From Nemertoderma westbladi (taxonomy: Eukaryota > Animalia > Xenacoelomorpha), in contig JAUCBJ010003433.1 in NCBI GenBank assembly GCA_032718475.1, positions 1 through 50,704 of the forward strand: a stretch of 50,704 nt of DNA. Reading direction: 5' to 3'. The notes below the pieces were generated by a model that searched no databases, was not told where the DNA came from, and worked only from the letters and a program-made list of their open reading frames with translations. The position numbers and the translations under genes were made by a program. The first letter of the stretch is position 1. Each line of letters starts with the position of its first letter. Shown here in pieces: positions 22,052-33,681 of this stretch.

Positions 22052-23630
22052 TTAATTATATAAAATATAAAAAATCACAGTTTCTAAAATATAAAAATAC
22101 TCTAAACAGTTAGTCTTTCTTGCGCGGACGGCGTTTACGCAGTTTCTTGAGGCTAGCAAGAGTCCTTTTCTCTTTGGGGCGAGCCACTTTACTAGGAGGG
22201 CTATAACTCCTGGGTGAAGGGTGCAATACAATTGCATCAGAAGGTTTAAGGTTATGGTCGGTGTCTCGTCCATTTCGATATGCTTCTCCTCGAGCTGATT
22301 TTCCTCCGCTTGTCGTTGGATACGTTCGTCCAAAACTCTCGCAGAGGATAGGGTTGTCTAAGTTCGATATCTTCTTAGAGATTCTGGATTTCCCAATCGA
22401 ACTGAGATAAAGCCAATTCGTTTATCGCTTGGACTTGCTATTACAACTTACGTTTATCTGAACAAACGCAGGTTTCCTTTCTGATCTTTGTAGAATAGCG
22501 TTTAACTCGTTTCGTACAACGCTCTCCTCCACCTTGATGAAGGGTTGTATCGCGTTAAACTGGGACGACTATACGGTTGAATGGCGATATTAGGTGTCCA
22601 CGTCCCAATACGGCTAAGTAAGATGGGCTAATATCTAGGAAGCCCACAACCGGGGTGCCACCGACTAATTGTTCAGGTAACACTAGATCTTTGAACAGTG
22701 AGTACAGCTCGGGAGGATCCGTCATACTAATAGGATCAAGAGTCTGAGGTCTCACTAGGGAATGAGGAGGTCTGATCGAGTATTCCGGAACTCTGATCAT
22801 TGGTTTATTTAAGGATCGTCTGAGTCGAACGAGCGTAGGTGGTACGTCAAACAAATTTCGCTCGAAACTCCCGTAAGTATAGCGAGTAAAACCGTGTTTA
22901 ATACAACGTCTCCACGGATGTTTAGGTCTTTCCGTTTGTTAGTTGGGTCTAGGGCATCCATCGCAACAACACCAAAGACGCACGTCTTGTAGGGGAAACT
23001 CGAGTGATCTTTCTCCAGTTCACAATACTCCTCCATCCGTTCGAAGCTATCCGGTGCAACAGGCAGCGGTCGATCAGCGGTAAGATACATCATAGTGGAA
23101 TAGAGCCGTTTGAGTTCTACCATGCGGTCATGATGTATACCTTGAGGATATCGAGTTTCTAGATTCTGTTGACTGATAATATCGAGATAGGTTTCTCTCA
23201 AGAATTCCAGGTATTTGGTGAAGTCGCTGCGTTTATCCGGCTCTTCAACATCTGCACTTTCGAGTCGGTTTCGAATAGAATTTTCGTGTTCGAGTCTCAG
23301 TTTATCGTTCCGCTTCCGCTGGGTATGATATTTAAATAAAACCATTTCCCTTTTGGGGTCTATATCGTTCGTATCGTGTAGGTCGATAGGATGACCAGTA
23401 GTTAAGAAGTCCATATACGTACCATTACGATGCGTATAGCGAGCGGTGAATTTTCTACAGTCCAACCCATGCGCAAGTTGCTTCCGGGACATTGGCGGTT
23501 AAATATAACGACCATCATCCTCCGTAGTAGTTGGACCAGCGTCGCCGCGTATCAAGCTATCAACAAACGCTTGTAAAGGTAGAGTATATCGCTCCCTGAT
23601 ACCAAGATCATCTTCTATCAACTCAATCAT
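22052..23630 (-). pseudogene. Extra, disrupted ORF of unknown function in the env position of the LTR element
   Basis: Consecutive same-strand ORF pieces (22809-23492, 227 aa; 22555-22854; 22052-22333), plus an in-frame upstream extension MIELIEDDLGIRERY...RYI* separated by one stop. Confidence 0.55.
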
Positions 23631-24439
23631 ATCTGCTATATAAGTTTATCCATATTATAATGAGTTTATATTTAGGCGAGCGGGCGTCGCTGCCTACCCC
23701 TCTCTGCCCCCGGACAGTGTAAGATCCTCAGTGCCGATATACCGTCGTCGCTGTGCTTTCGCCAACGATGTAGCTACACAACGACAACGATAACTGGCAC
23801 AAGTCACTCCACTGTCCGTCCCAAAGGCTTAGATGTACTTCAGGTTCTTACTGGAGAGTTAGGGTTACTTTCACAATTGCGACTCGCTACTGTAAACACA
23901 CCTTAGTAGTAACATTCACCTACAAACGCACAAATTCCATGTAACTGTCACAAATTGTACACATTCTATCACACATTCGGGTCATTTGTCCGTTAGTCAA
24001 GTGCCTTCCAGAATGTCACGTTGTTATTATGTATCCTTGGATACTAGCGGTGTGTTATTTATTCCGTATGCTATTCAATGAGCAAGCCTTTTATTGTTCT
24101 GTTAACTCGCTTCTTGTTGCTATGGTGACATTATGGAAAGCTAGCGGTAGAATTAGGGTAATTCTCATGCATACAGATCTGGGATGCTATTTAATAGTAA
24201 GTCTTTGATGGTCAATATCATCTTTATATATGATTTTATGAATTTTATCGGCTATTGACTCTATATTGGAGATTCTCGCACACTAATACACTTAAGAGGT
24301 GAATCTCCGCTCCCATGATCTATTAATTAATGGAATTTTGGGAATATTATAAATTGTATAAAATAACAATTTATCAAATTCATTAAAAGATGAATTTAAA
24401 TTTATTCCCGTAATTTTATTATTTAATATTAAATAGACA

Positions 24440-24735
24440 CAATTTTATTCCAGAACAAGTCTGTGGACTGGGATCCTTGATTCTAGGAATTGATCTTTTT
24501 AAGAATATCGGTAAGTGCTACGATATCTTAATAGACTAGAATTTTAAAGGATCTTAAATTTGACAGATTTTATAAATATTAATAATTAATATTTAGGATG
24601 GGCACCAGTTTATTCCAGAACAAGTCTGGGGACATTAACCACTGATTCTAGAATTTTGTCTTTCAAGTATATCGGTGGGTGCCGCGATATCTTAATCGAC
24701 TAGAATTGCAGATGGTCAAAGGGTTTAACAGATTT
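24440..24735. repeat. Diverged ~164-bp tandem duplication inside the LTR element
   Basis: TTTATTCCAGAACAAGTCTG...CGATATCTTAAT.GACTAGAATT at about 24444 and 24608. Confidence 0.8.
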
Positions 24736-25184
24736 ATTTTGCGTTTTACGCTACTGTTTAAAGGGAGTGAGGCAAGTCGTTTCCAAGGTCTACCCAGAGC
24801 TTGGTTTAGCCGAGACACGAGGATCTGAACTTTGCATTCCTAATACTCTGCCTACCAATAATACTTAAATATAGTAGTGGCTTTATTGTACTTTAATAAG
24901 TACGGATATTTCATCTTACTGTAGTCACGTATTTATAATATGATACGGACAGTAAGGAAAGAGAAAAAGAATTATTTCTCGCCGTCGCACTAAATATAAT
25001 ATAAGTAATTAAGTAATAAACACTAATATATTGCACTAATCTACCAAACAATTGCTAAAATAACATTCTACTAAATAAAATTAAAGAAAACGATTATAAT
25101 AAAATTACATAATAATACATACATAATATAAAATAATAAAAATAAATATAAAATAATATAGTCAAACACCCACTCCGTATGTTG

Positions 25185-28088
25185 TTACGTTATGGAGTCC
25201 CTAGATATTTGTTGGATTAGGGAGGTGGTCGTGGGAAGAGTATCTTGCCTTCCATAGTTTCCGGACAGTTTTCGGTCTCTTTCCAGTAAACATAAACGAC
25301 CAGCTGGGCGATTGAGTGGTTGTGTCACTTTCTCCGCTCCCTTGGCCTGTCTAATCTTCACCGGGGTAAGATGAGGAGGCCATTCCTCTTCTTTACTTAG
25401 GAAGTCGGGTCCATCTAACCGGTCTGGAGTATCTACCAGTTCTTGTGGAGTTGCTCCCCTGGAAGCGATGTCGGCTAGATTGATCGTCTCGGGGCAATGT
25501 CTCCATTGATCTACATTGGAGTTGATGTCGTCATTATCTGAGGAGTATGGTGTTCCCTCAGTTGGGTCGTCAACTTCACTGCTCTCCACTTCCCGTTCAC
25601 TTAATGGATATACCTGTTCTTTTGGTAATCTTTCCATAAGAGTTCTACGAGAAGGGCCAGTAAAGTACCAACCTACTCTAGTTCTTCCCGCATAGACTTG
25701 TAGTGGTTGCGGTTGAGCAGGCCGTTTCTCCAATGTCTCGAGCGCTTCATGCGCATTTTGACCGATGAGTATTTGGACTCCAGGGTAATCGGTGTTGAAT
25801 CTAGGTATTTCAAGCTGCTGGGTGAAATCGTCCTCATCCCAGTTATAAGGTTCCACTTGGCTGGTCGCGAAGTTCTTTATCGCTACCATTTTTACTGACC
25901 TTATGCTGTGTTCTCCCAGTTCATCCTGGGGGGTGGACAACGCGCCTACATAATAATCCACTATTACGGTAGATTTCCAAACCTGCATAATTCCTGACAT
26001 GTTTAGCTTAGTTCGGAACTTGGGTTGTCCAGCAAAGATGTCTTCGGCTAGTTCTTTGTCGATGAATGTTCCTGTGCTACCGGAGTCAAGGAGGGCGTTC
26101 ACTATACAACTCCTTGTAGGTCCGTGGACCCTTAACTGTACTACAGGAAATTCTCGGATTCCTACATTGGAAGTTGGTGCTTTCCAAGATGGTTGTCTGT
26201 CAGAAGTAGTTAGGGTGAGCTCGCTGTCGGTGTCCTTTTCATACGTAAGTGCTCGATACACTGCGGTATTTGTCAGGTAACAGGATTCGTTTTCGTCGGA
26301 GAATTCATCCGTATAGAATCCTTCCATCTCAGAATATTGGTCAGTGTCGTTCACATAACTGAATTGGACATGTAGTTCGGACTCACTTACCTGACTCGGG
26401 CTGTTTCGTTCGAATTCCGTGTGCAACAAGATATGATGTTTTGCGCCGCACTTTGCACACCTTGAGTCGGAGTAACAGGTTCGCCGTTGGTGTCCTCGTC
26501 TGAGGCAATTATAACACAACCGCTTATCCCACATGACTTCACGTCTATCCTTTAATGATTTCTTTAGGAATTTATCACACATATTCAAACGGTGGGGCCC
26601 GTCGCACAGCACACATTTTGGTTTGATGTTACTTACCTTACTTTGAGTAATGTTGTGCACACTCGTTCTTTCTTCGGGCTTTCTTACTTGAATTCTCTTA
26701 GGAGACGTAGGAGGAGTTTTTCTTACCTGTTCTCTCCTGTCATTGGTTCGAGACTTGAATTTACTTACGTCCTTAGTCGCTTTGTGGTCATAGTAAGATC
26801 TTTCAGTGTCTTTCCCGCTGTCCTCTCCCTGAGAGAGTTGGCTTTCGCCATCGTCTATATAACACACTGGTGTTACTTTTCTTCTAGAAACGGGTTTCTC
26901 ACTTACCTTACTTTCCGATGTCTTCTCTCTGGACTGCTTTATGAGCTGTAATTTCACTTCGCCGTCCAAGAATGACATGAGATCAGCCATGGTAGGGTCT
27001 CGTTGTTGTTGTTCCATCATATATAACACTTTCTTGTCCCAACGTGTACCTACTCCACCCTTCGGTAAAGTAGAAGTCACTGCTCTAATAACCATAGCAC
27101 TCTGATACTCATGAGACTTACCTAGCCAATCTAATTGTCGGCAGATCTCCTGAATCTCATCGGAAAACTCTATAATCCCGCTGCTAATAAACTTTCGGGG
27201 CGCTACCAACTTTGCATACAAATACCCAGCTATGTTATTCCTATTACCATACCTGAAGTTTAGAGTATCCCAAACTTGTCTTAATCCATCTGGATGTCCA
27301 ATAAATTTTAACGCCATTAACTTGGGAGGTCCTTCCAAGCATTCGATGAAGTATCTGAGTTTCTCTCCGTTAGATAGCACAGAGTTCTGTATGTTATCTT
27401 TGTAATATTCATTAAAAGGTAACCATTTCATCTCATCTCCATTGAACTTGACGATCTCTCCAACCTTTACCGCTTGACGGGCTTCGGTTCTAGCCATTTG
27501 ACGCGTAAAACTTTCTTGAGCCATCGTATTATTGAATATAGAATTATCGGTATATAAATTTCTCGGATTATGATCAGGTCTATATGGAATATCATTATCA
27601 ACAGGTTTATAATTACCCTGAATAGGGTTTACTATAGGAGTTTCTACTTCACTAGCAGTATAGATGCGTGTAGGCTCCACACCTTGCGCATGAGATACTT
27701 CAGACCTAACGGGTTGACACATTGTTACAGGGGGTGGTGGTATACCCTTTTGTAAATTGACTAATTTATCTCGCTCGGCGTCCAGGACGGGTTTGGACTC
27801 GGGAACAGTCCTACTGGGCACAGGTAGATTAGTACTGTGCAAAGGGAATTTATAGGCAGGTTCTGGGATTACAGGTGTCTCTATCTTTCTTTCCGCTTCT
27901 ACTGTTGCCATTGCCTCTGCCGCCTTTCTTTCCGCTTCTGCTGTTGCCATTGCCTCTGCCGCCTTTCTTTCCGCTTCTGCTGTTGCCATTGCCTCTGCCA
28001 CCTTCCTTTCAAGACACTGTCTAAGTCTAAGACTCATTCTAACACCTTCCAAAAGACTATCTGACAGTGCCCGTTTTGTGTCAGACAT
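25185..28088 (-). CDS. BEL/Pao gag-aspartic protease polyprotein fused in frame to short RNase H-end and integrase-end remnants
   Basis: DUF1759-like capsid (KFNGD...W..F...EKLRY...L.G); three knuckles C..C...H....C, C..C....H....C and C..C...HH.LLH; protease ALLDSGS; then QWRHCP...NLADIASRG...GPDFL....WP and RPAGRLCLLE. No RT or integrase core motifs. Confidence 0.9.
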   Translation of the reverse strand: MSDTKRALSDSLLEGVRMSLRLRQCLERKVAEAMATAEAERKAAEAMATAEAERKAAEAMATVEAERKIETPVIPEPAYKFPLHSTNLPVPSRTVPESKPVLDAERDKLVNLQKGIPPPPVTMCQPVRSEVSHAQGVEPTRIYTASEVETPIVNPIQGNYKPVDNDIPYRPDHNPRNLYTDNSIFNNTMAQESFTRQMARTEARQAVKVGEIVKFNGDEMKWLPFNEYYKDNIQNSVLSNGEKLRYFIECLEGPPKLMALKFIGHPDGLRQVWDTLNFRYGNRNNIAGYLYAKLVAPRKFISSGIIEFSDEIQEICRQLDWLGKSHEYQSAMVIRAVTSTLPKGGVGTRWDKKVLYMMEQQQRDPTMADLMSFLDGEVKLQLIKQSREKTSESKVSEKPVSRRKVTPVCYIDDGESQLSQGEDSGKDTERSYYDHKATKDVSKFKSRTNDRREQVRKTPPTSPKRIQVRKPEERTSVHNITQSKVSNIKPKCVLCDGPHRLNMCDKFLKKSLKDRREVMWDKRLCYNCLRRGHQRRTCYSDSRCAKCGAKHHILLHTEFERNSPSQVSESELHVQFSYVNDTDQYSEMEGFYTDEFSDENESCYLTNTAVYRALTYEKDTDSELTLTTSDRQPSWKAPTSNVGIREFPVVQLRVHGPTRSCIVNALLDSGSTGTFIDKELAEDIFAGQPKFRTKLNMSGIMQVWKSTVIVDYYVGALSTPQDELGEHSIRSVKMVAIKNFATSQVEPYNWDEDDFTQQLEIPRFNTDYPGVQILIGQNAHEALETLEKRPAQPQPLQVYAGRTRVGWYFTGPSRRTLMERLPKEQVYPLSEREVESSEVDDPTEGTPYSSDNDDINSNVDQWRHCPETINLADIASRGATPQELVDTPDRLDGPDFLSKEEEWPPHLTPVKIRQAKGAEKVTQPLNRPAGRLCLLERDRKLSGNYGRQDTLPTTTSLIQQISRDSIT

Positions 28089-29309
28089 ATTTGATTGTAC
28101 AGTTGAATGCCTACTGCTATATTACAGTTAAAGCAAGTCTAGTAATTCAGTATCAACTGTTAGCCTAGTAATTAATTACCGATACCGTTACTCAGTGTAA
28201 CGTGATATATATACAATGTATCAGAATACCGGTATACACTTACAATATATATAAGTATTATTACAGACTAGGTTTGTCACAGAATACCGGTATGATTTCA
28301 GCCTAAATTTATAGAAATAAATATAATAAGCCTATGGTAAATACCGGTATGTCAATTATATTAAATAATTGAATTTCTGAATTTTAAGGGTTACTTGGTT
28401 ACTTTAACTTACTTTATTACCGTTATTTGAGCAGTAGTCCAACTGATATTGAGACCTAGTTGTTGTATGGCAGGCCTACTATTTATAAATCGTTTGAGTT
28501 GATTTATAATATATATATACCCGTTTAATAGGTTTTTGTCAATATTTGAAATAAATGTTATTATTTCTGGGGGAGTCACTACACAGAAGCTGTGCGCTCT
28601 CAGTGGAGTGTTACTTGTTGGACACTAAAACAAATAATTCTAATTTACCTAAGTTACTTAATACTACAAATTACGTACAATTCGGGTTGAGATTACAATC
28701 TCTAAATAAACACAAAAAAATTACAAATACACAAATACGAATTTTTAGGGTAATTTTACAAGAAGTCTACTAACCAGCCTAACAAAGGGTTAGAATATCT
28801 GGTTATTACAACGGACAGAGTACTATGGTATTTGAAAATAATAAACAGTAGTAAATATACTGCGTTGTCCAGATAGGAAAATACCACCATCTGACGACTT
28901 ATAGCCGTATCGCTATAAGTACTACGTTATGTATCACGGAGTGTTCCTACCCAGAAGTTAATTACCGCGGTCTACCAGAACCAACGTGCCAATTAACCAC
29001 TTTACAACACAAATATACTGCCTACACGCTAATTACCTTCGGAAAGCACTGTACACTAAACCCTAAATTATGTACAAGTACTTGTACAACAAATAATCAG
29101 TAGTTAAAAATACTTGAACAGCTAAAAGAACCACGGTATCTGCCGGAGTGACCAAAGCATAAAATCTCCAGTCTTTACCTACGCCAAGCAGCCCTGATGT
29201 AGTACCGGGGTTAGTTTAACTATAACGGTATGTATAACAAGCACAATTACTGTAGGGATAAACTTGGGGATATGAATGTTGCGAATAATCGCATAAACTC
29301 TGAATAATA

Positions 29310-29885
29310 AATATTAAGCTACGCGTACAGACTACTCAAACAAAATGCAGACCAAATACTGACAGAGTACTATCAAGCCTAAACAAACTACGGTATGTGC
29401 AGACTCCGAAATGGTTAGTTAGTATGCGTTCTAACCTAGTAGTACGACTTATTCTTTCAGAGGGGGTTTACCTCACAGCACTGGAAGCCCCTACGTTCCC
29501 AACTGGCACTTTATCGGACATACACTCTACACACACCGAAATTTCCTCAGACCTAACAACAGCCAGACAACTATCCAGCCTACAAATTATCTAAATAAGA
29601 ATTATACGCTACCTGTACAGACTACACAAACAAAGTACAGACCAAACGCTGGCAGACTACTATCAAGCCTAAATAAACTACAGTATATGCAGACTCCGAA
29701 ATGATTAGTTAGTATGCGTTCTAACCTAGTAGTACGACTTATTCTTTCAAAGGGGGTTTACCTCACAGCACTTGAAGCCCCTACGTTCCTAACTAGCACT
29801 TTATCGGACAGATGCTCTACACACACTGCAATCCGTTCAGACTTCACAACAGTCAGACAACTATCCAGCCTACAAATTATCTGTA
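29310..29885. repeat. ~290-bp tandem duplication in the 5' leader of the LTR element
   Basis: GTACAGACTAC...CAGACTCCGAAATG.TTAGTTAGTATGCGTTCTAACC...CCAGCCTACAAATTATCT occurs twice. Confidence 0.9.
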
Positions 29886-30152
29886 CAATCTGAGCAGGCT
29901 TACACGTCTTCTGCTCAATCTTAACCTACAAATAAATAAAACCGACAGAAATAAGTAAACTATACAAAGGAATGAGGGGTGATCAATCCCTAATCCCCTA
30001 GCAGCCTACAATATACAATATCACAATCGAAATAGTACTGCTGTACCCGTACTGTAAGTAAGTACCGGTCCGGATGATCAGGCAGTCAGGCCTACTGGTT
30101 ACCGGTCGACCGGTACTATCAACTTGATTGCTTACGCCGCAATCAAGAAGCA

Positions 30153-30163
30153 ATAACTGTTAC
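30153..30163 (-). promoter_or_regulatory. Non-tRNA primer-binding site GTAACAGTTAT (candidate self-priming PBS)
   Basis: Abuts the 5' LTR, lacks TGG, and is the exact 11-nt reverse complement of LTR sequence at 30901-30911. Confidence 0.6.
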
Positions 30164-31333
30164 TGTTCGCGCTTTTAAGACCTTTGGCAGTTTAACCCGC
30201 CAAATCTATATGTCTTCTAGGTTATAAATCGACTTTAGCCTATGACAAGTATTTGACACAAATAAATCCAACATTAGCCGAAGCCAGTCTATGCGCGACC
30301 ATTCACCCGCTGGATATACCCGGGAGACTGGATTCGGATGCTTTAATTTGATTGCGGTGCAGGCCTACCGTACTATTCGATTGATCGTTAATATATAATC
30401 TCTGACAAATATTATTCACTTTCGGGAAATATTAGCAGTTCCTTTAGGACGTGGCGCTCTATCTATATAAACAGAGCTATGGCTTACACTAAACACAACG
30501 GAATGGATTATAAGTTACACATAAGGCGCATTCTTTAGGAGATGCTTTGTTACGCGGACAAGCACATACAGACTATTGCACACCGCTGCACACTGAATTG
30601 CCGATAGTCACTGATTTTAATCATATATAAAGAGAATAGCAACCGACATTTGTAGGGCCTATAAAATAGCATTCAATTCACTACAAACCATGATAATATA
30701 AGTCGCAATTGCTATATGTAGCCGGTCTCTCTAACCTTAGTGTATCAAGAAGATCGGGGTTTCTGATCGTTTATCGTTATTCTCCAAATAACAATATGTA
30801 AACGAATGATACATTTAATAACAAACAGCAAATAGCAGTAAATAATGTGCAATACGTACCGTACCGTTATGTGTTCTTAGTGTCTCGTACCGCTGTACCG
30901 GTAACAGTTATGTGTTCTTATAATTAAAGCCGTTCTAATGTTGGAATAAAACAGAATAATTCCATAGCCGATGTTCATGGCATCAGGAAAACCAACACAC
31001 TGAACCCTGTGAGCTGTTGCAGGTAGCTTTCAACACAAGGAGGAAAAGCTCTCATTGGCAGAGTTCCAGTTTCTATAAGTTCCATGAATGTCTAAATGCC
31101 AAACCTCCCTAGCCTTTGCAGCCCATAGCCAACACAAGGCTAAATCGCTCTGCTTGGTCGATCATTGTTCTGATTGGTTAATCGAACAGAACAAAGAGGC
31201 CATACGTACAGCAAATCAGCCAACCAGCGGGCGGATTGTGCCACTAGAAGCAACAGTTTAGAGGATTTGAGCGAATGGGGGAAAACTGGATTACAAATGG
31301 AAAAGGCCAGTTATATCCCCAAAAGCTTTTACA
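30164..31333 (-). repeat. 5' LTR (1170 bp)
   Basis: Direct repeat of 20862-22031; lies upstream of gag on the minus strand. Confidence 0.95.
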
Positions 31334-31574
31334 TTATGAGTAGTATGATAAACAGCTGAAATAAAACAGCACCTGCCATAGTCTACCATGTTAAAGAATT
31401 TGCCGAACGGCTCTTGCCCCGCCTACTTACTATGATTACCATTGTGTTGCCCCACCCACTTACTATGGTTACCATTGTGCATATGTAACATATGTCACCA
31501 CTGTGTATATGTGACATATGCGGTATAAGGCCAGTTCGCAGACGGAAGTAATTTAATTAATTCGTGTCTACCGG

Positions 31575-33035
31575 TTGGCGTTTGACCTTGAACCGCAATA
31601 GGTAAAACCCAATATAGTAAGTGGGTTGCAGACGTTTGTTATAAAAGTCTTTAACATGATTTCGTGATTTGATGAAAAAATGGGGGCGAGCCATGAAGCG
31701 AGTGAAGCCTTAGCATATGGGTTAAGGTTATAGTATTTATAATATTATTTTTAATTTGATTATTCTACCTATGGGGCGAGCCATGAAGTGAGTGATAGCA
31801 TCGAAGTAAGGTTATGACGCAACAACTAAAAAAGGTAAATAAACACAGACTTATGGGGCGAGCCGTGAAGTGAGTGATTGGCGTTTGACCTTGAACCGCA
31901 ATAGGTAAAACCCAATATAGTAAGTGGGTTGCAGACGTTTGTTATAAAGTCTTTAACATGATTTCGTGATTTGATGAAAAATGGGGCGAGCCATGAAGCG
32001 AGTGAAGACTTAGCATATGGGTTAAGGTTATAGTATTTATAATATTATTTTAATTTGATTATTCTACCTATGGGGCGAGCCATGAAGTGAGTGATAGCAT
32101 CGAAGTAAGGTTATGACACAACAACTAAAAAGGTAAATAAACACAGACTTATGGGGCGAGCCATGAAGTGAGTGATAGCATCGAAGTAAGGTTATTGTAT
32201 TCAACTAACGACAGCCGCCAATATTACAATTCTACAGTTATTGCTAAGCAACTAGTTGTGGGGGAGGGCGAGCCGCGAAGTGAGTATAAAGTTATAGTAT
32301 TTATAATATTAATTTTTAATATGATTATTCTACTTATATGCGGAGGGGCGAGCCATGAAGTGTGTGAAAGCATATAGGTGCAATCGTAGAGTTGTCTAAT
32401 CGCCGTCCGGCGCCGACATAAATTTTAATTGCTAATAACTCGGTTATATAATGATTTGATGACAAAATTGGGCGAGCCATGAAGCGAGCGAAACCTTAGA
32501 ATAGGGGTACCATTAATGAGTTGTGGGGCGAGTTTGATCGATTATTCTTGGTGGGCATACATACATTGATTGGGTACCACACCCGTGTATAGAGAACTAT
32601 CTGGACTTGGAGGGGTATGCATCTGGCTATAGCGCGCTAACCTGATGTCCTGAGCCTTCACGCAGCACGAAGTAAGCAAAGCCTTTAGCATGTATAGGAA
32701 CTATTGTTGAATTTGTTGATTATTATTGTTATTATAATAATTTCCGAAATTATTACTTACATTAATTTTCGGTAGGTGGTGGTATATAGGCGCTATCGGT
32801 GAGTTGTCTTATCGCTGTCCGGCACCAACATAAGTTTTAATTGCTAATAACTCTGTTATACAGTGATTTGATGAAAAAATAGGACGAGCAATGAATCGAA
32901 CGAAGCCTTAGAATATGGGTACCCGCGCGGCGTGGAGTGAGCAAAGCCTTTAGTGTGTGGGTACTATTGTTGAATTTTGGTAATTATTTATTGTTATTAT
33001 ATTAATTGTTGAAATTAAATTATTACTTACATTAA
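31575..33035. repeat. Maverick left subterminal repeat array
   Basis: ~300-bp tandem duplication (about 31577 and 31878), about 9-10 copies of GGGGCGAGCCATGAAG(T/C)GAGTGA, and a second diverged duplication at about 32385 and 32800. An inverted copy of the motif lies near the right TIR at about 45040. Confidence 0.85.
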
Positions 33036-33430
33036 TGTTGGGTGGGAGGCTGCGTTCTTGTTTGCCCTACCATTCTTGGAGGGCAGGTGCAAGTCGGGCG
33101 GACTACCCCACCAACAATTCTACCCGGCTCCGCAGGGACTACCCCTTCTTGCGGCGGATCCGGGGGGAACCACGGTGATAAGCCACGACCTCTCCCTCGG
33201 GGCCGCCTATTTGGAAATACCATGGCAATAGGCCTAAGAGGCCTACCAATCCCCGGATAAAAATTGATAGGCCTATACAATGTTGCCATCGGTGTATTAG
33301 GCCTTCTAAGGGGTTCAATGGTACCCCCGCGACTCCCCCCGCCGTAAGTTTGGGGCTCCCTACCGGAAACGGGTATTTGTTGGGTGGGGTCTTCTGCTTC
33401 GGGATTCTCAGGTTCACCGCTTTCAGCCAT
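33032..33430 (-). CDS. Maverick hypothetical Pro/Arg/Gly-rich protein, 132 aa
   Basis: GC-rich ATG-initiated ORF inside very AT-rich flanks; RRPRGRGRG and CTC motifs; no family recognised. Confidence 0.55.
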   Translation of the reverse strand: MAESGEPENPEAEDPTQQIPVSGREPQTYGGGSRGGTIEPLRRPNTPMATLYRPINFYPGIGRPLRPIAMVFPNRRPRGRGRGLSPWFPPDPPQEGVVPAEPGRIVGGVVRPTCTCPPRMVGQTRTQPPTQH

Positions 33431-33681
33431 ATTGATAATATTATATATTATATTATAATATTTATTAATAATATATTTTAATTTATAATTTAAAATTAAA
33501 ATAATAAAGTGTTGTCAGTATCGCTATTCCCAATGTTATATAGCAAACTACAACAGAACTAATTACTTTGGTAAGGCTAATTTTCTATGCTTCGCGGCGT
33601 ATATATGCCTTATTTTCTTTTGCAAAACTGGTCACATATGTGAGTAAATTGAACCCAGAGCTTTGATTGTCGTTAGAGCGT

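Larger units (their letters stand above)
20862..31333 (-). mobile_element. BEL/Pao LTR retrotransposon, non-autonomous (gag-protease only), 10,472 bp
   Basis: Two 1170-bp TG...CA LTRs, 5-bp TSD TTATG (20857-20861 and 31334-31338), purine tract GGGAGCGG before the 3' LTR on the minus strand, BEL/Pao-type gag. Confidence 0.95.

Noticed and set aside
21872-22063. Duplicated small ORF (also 31174-31359)
   Set aside because: Lies in the LTRs, starts at TTG and reads across element boundaries.
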